A stretch of DNA of 64,000 nt from a virus: the IMG/VR virus record IMGVR_UViG_3300029319_000007. The stretch is one strand, 5' to 3'. This document shows, piece by piece, positions 57,687 through 64,000 of the stretch; within the stretch, counting starts at the first letter, position 1; each line of letters opens with the position of its first letter. The notes below the pieces were generated by a model. It made no database searches. It was given only the letters and a program-made list of their open reading frames with translations, and had not been told where the DNA came from. The translations under genes were made by a program, and so were the position numbers.

Positions 57687-57710
57687 GCTCTATTTATCAG
57701 AGCATGGACT
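57680..57710 (-). promoter_or_regulatory. Perfect 12-bp hairpin with a late box (GATAAATA) across the loop and the start codon in the 3' arm
   Basis: AGTCCATGCTCT-ATTTATC-AGAGCATGGACT on the + strand. Confidence 0.8.
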
Positions 57711-57740
57711 GTGTGTTAGTGAACAGGAGAGATAGTTAAC

Positions 57741-58649
57741 TTATTGGTTAACTAGTTTACTAAAGTAATTCATAGTATCGTCTTCACCTTCATCACTAGG
57801 GGAGGTTTGAGTAGGTAAAGTAGGTTCACTTACTTCAGGTGTGTCACTAACTACTGCTTCAGCACTTACAGGTGGGATGTCTATTTCATCTGCTGTAGCA
57901 GTTTTTCCAGAACCGTAAACAACTTTCTCAAATTTAATTTTGAGAGCGTCATAAGACTTGAAGTTTGTTGGTGCTGAAAACTCTTTCAATGAATATTGTT
58001 TTTTCCACAATGATTCAATGTAATCATCATCTTCGTTTATCTTTGAAGAATTTTCAAATTCAGATTTGTCATAGTTCCAATAACCATCAACTTTTCTAAT
58101 CTTTAACTTGAAGTTTGCCCCAGCCCAAAAATCAAATGGATTGATTGCTTGTTCGTCTGCAAATTCAGGTTTCATTGCTTCTGTAATCTTATCAAAGATT
58201 TTTTTACCAAACTTGTATAAGAATATTTTACCCTCGTTCTCAGGATGAGCAGGGTCTGAAACAACTAAGATGTTTGTATAGTAAGATAGTTTTCTTTTTC
58301 TTTTTCTTGCGATCTCTTTGTCTGCGTCAGAACCAGTATTCCAAAGTTTACTGTTTTCTTCACTTACAGGATCTTTTTGACCAAGTGTTGTTAAACTATT
58401 TTCAATGTACCAACCGCCAGGTCCTTGAAACGCATGTGACCATACTCTTGCCCATGGTAATTCTTCTCCTTCTACAGCAGGTAAAAAACGAATAACTGCA
58501 TAACCATTACCAGTTTTATCTAGTTCAGGTTTCCAGAATCTATTGTCGTCTGATGAGTTGTTGTTAGTTGTAGGTTGTGTGACTTTTTCTAACTCTTTGG
58601 TTAGTTTATCGAAGTTGCCACGACTTCTCTTTAAATCTGCGAATGACAT
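57741..58649 (-). CDS. gp32: ssDNA-binding protein gp32
   Basis: DNRFWKPELDKTGNGYAVIRFLP, HAFQGPGGWYIENSLTT, FGKKIFDK, NYDKSEF, acidic tail. Confidence 0.97.
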   Translation of the reverse strand: MSFADLKRSRGNFDKLTKELEKVTQPTTNNNSSDDNRFWKPELDKTGNGYAVIRFLPAVEGEELPWARVWSHAFQGPGGWYIENSLTTLGQKDPVSEENSKLWNTGSDADKEIARKRKRKLSYYTNILVVSDPAHPENEGKIFLYKFGKKIFDKITEAMKPEFADEQAINPFDFWAGANFKLKIRKVDGYWNYDKSEFENSSKINEDDDYIESLWKKQYSLKEFSAPTNFKSYDALKIKFEKVVYGSGKTATADEIDIPPVSAEAVVSDTPEVSEPTLPTQTSPSDEGEDDTMNYFSKLVNQ

Positions 58650-58721
58650 ATTGTCTCCTTTGTATTCGTTGTATTCGTATAAATTGTATATTATTATATA
58701 TACAAGTTTTCACCTTGATCA

Positions 58722-58953
58722 TAAAAAAAATTTATCATTCAGCCCTTCGTGGGATTTGCTGGGAAGCGTACCCACAATTTTTCAGGAAGAGTCCCATGTT
58801 CTTTTGAAGATAGGTCCCTACTAGTAATCTGCCCCTTAGTGTCTTGAGCCGTTTGGCCACTACCCTCTAAGAAACAAACTTTATGCCCTCTTAAGCATTG
58901 TTCAGTCAGAAGGAAACACGGTTTCGAACCCATGTTCTGCTGCTGAATGATAA
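58722..58953 (-). ncRNA. Candidate ~220-nt structured ncRNA of unknown class
   Basis: 12-bp terminal stem TTATCATTCAGC/GCTGAATGATAA, internal G-U-containing helices, upstream TTGACT-17-TATAAT promoter, downstream U8 tract. Confidence 0.7.
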
Positions 58954-58957
58954 CTCT

Positions 58958-58986
58958 ATTATACATCATTTCGTGCTAAAAGTCAA
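58958..58986 (-). promoter_or_regulatory. sigma70-type early promoter
   Basis: TTGACT-17nt-TATAAT with an extended TG. Confidence 0.8.
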
Positions 58987-59833
58987 GCCCTAAATGTGTA
59001 TAAAACTCATTTTTTTTCATATAAGATAGATTAGGTAAACTATCCCATTGAGGCATTCTCTCAGATATCTTATTATTTTCATCTGGATTTACCTTAATAA
59101 ACTGTATGTCTTTATATCTCACCATAACTCTACCCATTTGAACAACCCAATTTTGTGGTGTTATGGCACTCTCATCTGAGGACACATAACCATGTGTCTC
59201 TTTGTATAAATTATTAATAAAATCTGTTGTACTGTACATATCCATACCTATGAGATAACATGTTTTAGGTTTCTCTACTTTACATGATATGTACATTGCT
59301 GTCGCACCTGATGACCAACCTGGATCATCTGGTCCAGCATTATCTGCTTCCCAACCTACACCGTAATAGTCATTCATTATATCTTTTAGTTGTGTAATAT
59401 TTTTATCTGCAAGACCATAAGTCCATGTGATATAAACATTTTCAAAACCATCACCTTTCCATCTATCGTTAGGTCTGTTTTGATTTACTGTTTGTTGACC
59501 ATGTATTACAAAATGTGTATAATAGTTCTCTGGTGTATATTTCCATTCTCTTATTGTAGGATTTGTCATATTAGAAGTTTGTGCCTCTTTCATCATTTCA
59601 TATTGATCAGCAGGCATATCTTCCCAATCTCTAAAATAAACTTTGTTTTCATCACAATATCCACTACGATATATTTCGTGTGTCATCATTGGGTCAACTG
59701 CAATTAAACCATCTACTGTATGTTCTCTAAAAAGAGCATTACAACCCCATACTTTACCTTTTGCTTTTAGTAATTCTACATCTATGTCTTTACGACTTTC
59801 ACCATTTCCTAATACAAATAAATTTTCTGTCAT
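58976..59833 (-). CDS. Sialyltransferase/Maf-like (GT-A-type) sugar transferase; likely start 59833
   Basis: LFVLGNGESR..WGCNAL..AVD..SSGATAM..YLIGMD; ATGA overlap with the gp59 stop. Confidence 0.6.
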   Translation of the reverse strand: MTENLFVLGNGESRKDIDVELLKAKGKVWGCNALFREHTVDGLIAVDPMMTHEIYRSGYCDENKVYFRDWEDMPADQYEMMKEAQTSNMTNPTIREWKYTPENYYTHFVIHGQQTVNQNRPNDRWKGDGFENVYITWTYGLADKNITQLKDIMNDYYGVGWEADNAGPDDPGWSSGATAMYISCKVEKPKTCYLIGMDMYSTTDFINNLYKETHGYVSSDESAITPQNWVVQMGRVMVRYKDIQFIKVNPDENNKISERMPQWDSLPNLSYMKKNEFYTHLGLDF

Positions 59834-60408
59834 AACATTTTTTTCAGATTTAGTTTCATTCTTTCTTTGTTGTATGTCAAGAAAGGTCCATACTTTTTTA
59901 TTTTTCTGTTCAATGTCGGCCATATTATAGTTTCCTTTATTTGTTTACTAAAATTTTTTGTGTAGTTTAATAAATTGTCTAATATACATAAAGTTTCTAA
60001 TGATATTCTTTTTGCAAGATATGTTTTAACAAGAATAGGATGTTGACCATTATTTACTTTAAATATCTTATTAAAATTTTGTTCACTTTTTCTCATCAAT
60101 TGTTCAATGTCTCTTTCAAAATAATAAGTCAAACCGTCAATTCTTTTTTGTCTATCTAAATAAACCTCATTGTTCATATCCTTAATATAAGGAGATTTAT
60201 TATGGACGAAATTGCTAACAAAGTAATCAACAAGATTATCGCCATACTTTCTTGCAACCTTAACAAAAAAATATTTGTCATTGCGTTGTATAAATGTTTC
60301 GAACTTAGCATTAGTTTCACCATTATACTTAAAAAAATCGTATTCATCTTTCGTAAAATGTAATTTAATCCCAAGATATTTTTTGTATGCTTCATATCCT
60401 TCATTCAT
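59830..60408 (-). CDS. gp59: Helicase loader gp59
   Basis: YEAYKKYLGIKLHFT..YDFFKYNG..RNDKYFF..ISLETL..KKYGPFL. Confidence 0.9.
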   Translation of the reverse strand: MNEGYEAYKKYLGIKLHFTKDEYDFFKYNGETNAKFETFIQRNDKYFFVKVARKYGDNLVDYFVSNFVHNKSPYIKDMNNEVYLDRQKRIDGLTYYFERDIEQLMRKSEQNFNKIFKVNNGQHPILVKTYLAKRISLETLCILDNLLNYTKNFSKQIKETIIWPTLNRKIKKYGPFLTYNKERMKLNLKKML

Positions 60409-60617
60409 TAAACTGGTAATGTTGCTGTTTTAGGTAAATAATTTAAATCTTGTGCGTTCATTTTAATCTTGTCTTTTAAATTTCTGTTTATTAAATGTGT
60501 GATCTGATCAGGTTCTATTTCTTTTTCTCTACAATAATCTAATACTGCTTCCATATGTGATATTCTTTTTTTACTTGCTATTTTTTCTATCACTAATGCA
60601 AATTGTTTAGGTGTCAT
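60408..60617 (-). CDS. gp33: Late transcription coactivator gp33
   Basis: FALVIEKI..MEAVLDYC..LKDKIKMNAQDLNYL. Confidence 0.9.
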   Translation of the reverse strand: MTPKQFALVIEKIASKKRISHMEAVLDYCREKEIEPDQITHLINRNLKDKIKMNAQDLNYLPKTATLPV

Positions 60618-61084
60618 TAATTTCCCTCGCTACGATTTCTATTCAATTCATTAGATTGTTTACTTTCATTAGCAAGGGAATCGTTTACTATATCTAATAG
60701 TAATTCTGCGTCAAATATCCAATCCATACCATAACCCATTAAACAAGTTTCACCTGTTTCTTTGACAGTTAAAAATATAGAACCGTTTTCTAATTCACTA
60801 CTATACCAAAATGATACCCAAGCAAAAACTTCTGTATTAGGATCACCACTTGATTTCACATCTGACCATGCAATTGCTTTTTGTTTGAATACATTACCTG
60901 CATATGAAAATACTAAAGGTCCTGGTCCACAAAATATTGGTACTTGTGTTGTTGTCATAACACCAGGAGGAAATACAGGATGTTCCTCTGCTAGTGATTT
61001 AAATGCTGTGAATACTATACCAATAAAAAAACCTACTATAAAAAATTTAAGAATTAATTTTATCACTTTTTCTCCTCTACCCAT
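60617..61084 (-). CDS. Exported hypothetical protein
   Basis: N-terminal TM/signal; PIFCG...ETCLMGYG. Confidence 0.6.
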   Translation of the reverse strand: MGRGEKVIKLILKFFIVGFFIGIVFTAFKSLAEEHPVFPPGVMTTTQVPIFCGPGPLVFSYAGNVFKQKAIAWSDVKSSGDPNTEVFAWVSFWYSSELENGSIFLTVKETGETCLMGYGMDWIFDAELLLDIVNDSLANESKQSNELNRNRSEGN

Positions 61085-61746
61085 TTGTAAAATGCCTCTA
61101 CTGCTTCTTTTAGTTTAGGTAGATAATCTACTTTGTTCTTTTTAAATACTTGTATCGTGCCTTCTTCATTAACCATTAATATAACTACTTGTGTCACTTC
61201 TTCTGCAAAATGTTCTTTGTACATTTCTGCATATGCACTACCTTGAATAAAATAATTTTCAATCCAGTCTTCGTTCTTTTCTTTACTACTTGTTTTAAAA
61301 TCTATAATAGATAAAACGCCATCATATTCTGCAATACAATCAACTCGACCTGCAACTGTGTAATCACTTGAAAACATTTGTGCTTCTTGTAATCTAATAT
61401 TATTTATTTTTGCTAGTTCTGGTTTTAGAACATTAAACATCATACGAGCAAGAAATTTCTTCTTGTGTTTCTCTATTTGATCTAAGTCTAAATTATTTAA
61501 ATAATCTTCTACCATGTTATGTACAGCAGTACCTCGATTTGCTGCTTGTATCATTACATGATTTGCAACATCATTACCTACTTTGTTTCGCCATTCAACT
61601 AAACCTTCGCTTTGTCTAATTGATAAAACTGATGTAATTGATGGATAAACTTCTTTGGTTTCTAGATGTTCGTAAAATCTTTTACCTTCTACATTCTTTG
61701 CTTTGAGTAGTGGTAAGTCGTTAATAGGTGGTGTATGTGTAAACAT
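61063..61746 (-). CDS. PD-(D/E)xK exonuclease (T4-like marine phage exonuclease)
   Basis: YPSITSVL, RGTAVH, AGRVDCIAEY..IIDFKTS, YFIQGSAYA. Confidence 0.9.
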   Translation of the reverse strand: MFTHTPPINDLPLLKAKNVEGKRFYEHLETKEVYPSITSVLSIRQSEGLVEWRNKVGNDVANHVMIQAANRGTAVHNMVEDYLNNLDLDQIEKHKKKFLARMMFNVLKPELAKINNIRLQEAQMFSSDYTVAGRVDCIAEYDGVLSIIDFKTSSKEKNEDWIENYFIQGSAYAEMYKEHFAEEVTQVVILMVNEEGTIQVFKKNKVDYLPKLKEAVEAFYKWVEEKK

Positions 61747-61770
61747 TGTATATCTCGCTTGTAAAATTAT

Positions 61771-61799
61771 ATTATATCACGGTTGACTAAAAAAGTCAA
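61771..61799 (-). promoter_or_regulatory. sigma70-type early promoter whose -35 is half of a TTGACT/AGTCAA inverted repeat
   Basis: TTGACT-tttttagtcaaccgtga(17)-TATAAT. Confidence 0.75.
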
Positions 61800-61802
61800 G
61801 CA

Positions 61803-61964
61803 CTAATCTCTAGTGAAAAAAGGGTCTGGTTTCTTTGCGGTTTTTTGTACTTCTTGTAATACTTTTAAAAACTTATCAAACTCTTTGTGTGCTGTATATC
61901 TGCCAACTTTATATGCGATAAAGAGACAACCAACAGCGATAATCGTATGTGTTATTGGATCCAT
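61803..61964 (-). CDS. 53-aa single-TM protein downstream of the lysin
   Basis: MDPITHTIIAVGCLFIAYKVGRYTAHKEF... Confidence 0.55.
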   Translation of the reverse strand: MDPITHTIIAVGCLFIAYKVGRYTAHKEFDKFLKVLQEVQKTAKKPDPFFTRD

Positions 61965-62464
61965 TTCTTTGCTTCCTCTGTGACTTCATCAACTCGTCTA
62001 GTCCAACCTCTACCAAAGGTTTCGAAAGTTGATAAACTCTCATAGTAGTTTTGTCTTTCTGATTGATATTGATCTATTGTAGTAGATACACCATAATGTT
62101 CTACATGATCATTAATACATTTTAAAGTATTAGGACCTATGCCACCATCAACAGTAGTATTTACTAATCGTTGTATAAATTTTGCAGCACGACCAGGACC
62201 TGCATTAACGGCAAAGTCAAAGATACATAAATCTAAACCTTCAGGTAGATCATCACCTTTCACTCTATCCCAATAATTCTTTTTATAAATTGGTTCAACA
62301 TCTTCTTTTGTTAAATCTTTCATTTCTTTTTCACCACCAAAGTCTTCATAAACTCTTTTTGTGACGCCAAGATTTGTTTCACCGCCTGGATCTTTTGGGT
62401 GATTTACATAACCGCCTTCGTGATGTAATATTACTTCTAATGCTTCTGAAAATTTTTTACTCAT
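61952..62464 (-). CDS. GH108 lysozyme/endolysin with peptidoglycan-binding domain
   Basis: HEGGYVNHPKDPGGETNLGVT, FDFAVNAG, DGGIGPNT, FGRGWTRR. Confidence 0.93.
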   Translation of the reverse strand: MSKKFSEALEVILHHEGGYVNHPKDPGGETNLGVTKRVYEDFGGEKEMKDLTKEDVEPIYKKNYWDRVKGDDLPEGLDLCIFDFAVNAGPGRAAKFIQRLVNTTVDGGIGPNTLKCINDHVEHYGVSTTIDQYQSERQNYYESLSTFETFGRGWTRRVDEVTEEAKKWIQ

Positions 62465-63173
62465 TGTAGTGTAGTCCTAACTTTATTTTTTCTATTAGAT
62501 AACTTTTTAACATGCCACTTCTAACAATATCATTTAAATCAAATTCTATACATTCAATCTCTTTCATTTGTTGCATGATGTTAACAAAATCTAATATACC
62601 GTTTCTATCATTTGTTTTTGTTAAATCTGTTTGCTGTATATCACCAGCAAAGATTATTCTTGTATCTTGTCCTACTCTTGTCATGATAGTATCTAATTCA
62701 TGAAAGTTTAGATTCTGACACTCATCTACGATTATTACACCGTTGTCGATTGTAATACCTCGTAAGAAACTCGTTGATAAGAAATCTATAGTACCTTGAT
62801 TTCTTAAATTATTATATAATTGTTCAAACGCTCTTTCGTCTGGTTGTTTAAACATGAATCGTACCATGTTTTGATATGGTACTTGATACAGATAAGATTT
62901 GTCCTCTTCATCACCAGGTAAGAAACCTATGTCTCTAGTTGGTAATAATGAACGGACAATATATACTCGTTCTCTAGGTGATTTAGGATCCAACACATCT
63001 TTTAATGCATTGTATAACGCAACAAAAGTTTTACCTGTTCCTGCGACACCATACAAAAAGAGATTTTGACCTTTATTGTAAGAGTTGAATACCTCTTTTT
63101 GATTATCTGTTATAGGTTTTATATCGTTTAATTCTGTATGCGATATACCTAATGTTTTCTTTTTACTTACCAT
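62457..63173 (-). CDS. phoH: PhoH-family ATPase
   Basis: GVAGTGKT, IGFLPG, FLRG, VDECQN, TRVG, GDIQQTD, DIVRSG. Confidence 0.95.
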   Translation of the reverse strand: MVSKKKTLGISHTELNDIKPITDNQKEVFNSYNKGQNLFLYGVAGTGKTFVALYNALKDVLDPKSPRERVYIVRSLLPTRDIGFLPGDEEDKSYLYQVPYQNMVRFMFKQPDERAFEQLYNNLRNQGTIDFLSTSFLRGITIDNGVIIVDECQNLNFHELDTIMTRVGQDTRIIFAGDIQQTDLTKTNDRNGILDFVNIMQQMKEIECIEFDLNDIVRSGMLKSYLIEKIKLGLHYNE

Positions 63174-63278
63174 ATTGTTTTCACTTTTTTTATGAGTAGT
63201 TGCTCAGTTTACTTCTTCGGATTCTGTTTACCAGTATATGATATTCCTACTATGATACTGCAACTCACCTATTATTAT

Positions 63279-63590
63279 TTATATTTTCCCTTTCGCTCTG
63301 GCCCTATGCTTCGCTAATGTTGCTCTAGTTTTTGATTCTTTTACCCCTTGTCTTCTATATCTTTCACCTAGAGGACTTGTTGGGTGTTTTTCTGCAATTC
63401 TACTTAAATGATCTTTCCAACCACTATCTGTCTTACTATCAATCTGACCTACACTCGAAACTATATTCATTTGTGTAGGTGGTAATAGTTCTATATGTTT
63501 CTTTTTAGTAAACTTTTCCATATCTGAGATTGTCATATATTCTTCAAACTCAGTTTTTGTTTTACTATTATAAAATCTATATGTAGGCAT
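63279..63590 (-). CDS. FmdB-like small protein
   Basis: MPTYRFYN..GWKDHLSRIAEKHP. Confidence 0.65.
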   Translation of the reverse strand: MPTYRFYNSKTKTEFEEYMTISDMEKFTKKKHIELLPPTQMNIVSSVGQIDSKTDSGWKDHLSRIAEKHPTSPLGERYRRQGVKESKTRATLAKHRARAKGKI

Positions 63591-64000
63591 TTTCAGTTAA
63601 TCTCCAAAACTTTCTCATTTGAATATATATCGGGTCTTTAGTAACCGTGTCTCTTGCTCTTTTAAATATTTGTGCTGACTTTGCTTTATCACTTGTCGCC
63701 CAATCTTTTTCTTGTGGTCTTACATTACCATCTTTATCATATTTTTTACCGTCTTTATGATTTGCATATCTTCTTGCTCTAGTAAAACCCATTTCTAAAA
63801 ATTTTCTACACATATCCATGCCTATAAAATCTTCTTTATCTTTGTACACATGATACTCAAATAATATTTTTGTACTAGAGATAAATGCTTCACTAGGTGT
63901 TTTGAAACGCCAATGTTTACATATATCGTTTGTATATGGTCTTACAAGTAATACACCTTGTTCACCACGACCAATACGATATCTTTTATCATTCTTTTTA
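63577..64000 (-). CDS. DUF4385-family protein (start lies beyond the window end)
   Basis: YRIGRGEQGVLLVRPY..HWRFKTP..DFIGMDMCRKFLEMGFTRARRYANH. Confidence 0.8.
   Translation of the reverse strand, partial: KKNDKRYRIGRGEQGVLLVRPYTNDICKHWRFKTPSEAFISSTKILFEYHVYKDKEDFIGMDMCRKFLEMGFTRARRYANHKDGKKYDKDGNVRPQEKDWATSDKAKSAQIFKRARDTVTKDPIYIQMRKFWRLTENAYI

Larger units (their letters stand above)
4082..63283. promoter_or_regulatory. Set of T4-type late promoter boxes (NATAAATA). Minus strand: 4082, 7626, 9038, 13420, 14601, 22072, 30610, 35950, 36701, 44625, 52866, 57024, 57691, 63276. Plus strand: 45133.
   Basis: Match the T4 gp55 late consensus TATAAATA, sit at gene starts or boundaries, and gp33 is encoded in the window. 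Confidence 0.8.

Noticed and set aside
58732-58953. RNase P RNA, tmRNA or tRNA identity for the structured region
   Set aside because: The P4-like fragments are on inconsistent strands and in the wrong order; there is no acceptor stem/CCA, and the TTCGAA hairpin is not in a cloverleaf context
58739-58969. 76-aa ORF
   Set aside because: Its start lies inside the promoter spacer with no SD; the region is better explained as a structured RNA
59834-59923. N-terminal extension of the 315-aa ORF
   Set aside because: Overlaps gp59; the ATGA-coupled start at 59833 fits better
1-64000. CRISPR arrays, tRNAs, introns/inteins, IS elements
   Set aside because: None recognised by eye; core genes appear uninterrupted and of normal length

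Overview
A 64-kb, AT-rich segment of a T4-like myovirus genome. Gene content (csgF/csgG, VrlC-like protein, porin, many 2OG-Fe(II) oxygenases, phoH, GH108 lysin) most resembles marine pelagimyophages; the host is inferred, not proven. Layout: (1) 1-23 kb, a tail-fibre/adhesin island with five Gly-rich fibre paralogs interleaved with six 2OG-Fe(II) oxygenases; (2) 23-36 kb, VrlC-like protein, gp8, gp7, gp6, gp25 and PAAR; (3) 36-40 kb, an accessory insert with a metallothionein-like micropeptide, basic peptides, early genes, a porin and a ParB-like pair; (4) 40-51 kb, gp5, gp27, gp53, gp48, gp4, gp2, nuclease, gp54, gp26/gp51 and a tape-measure-like gene; (5) 51-57.7 kb, a curli/type VIII secretion cluster (CsgF, CsgG, two curlin-like proteins) linked to a FecR-domain protein and a CHASE2 adenylate cyclase; (6) 57.7-64 kb, gp32, gp59, gp33, exonuclease, lysin and phoH. 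Top leads: a candidate curli-FecR-cAMP trans-envelope signalling module, a ~220-nt structured ncRNA with its own promoter upstream of gp32, a probable -1 frameshift fusing gp26 to gp51, a hairpin/late-promoter switch masking a holin-like start codon, and a fibre-hydroxylase array. All calls come from motif reading and synteny; no database searches were run.
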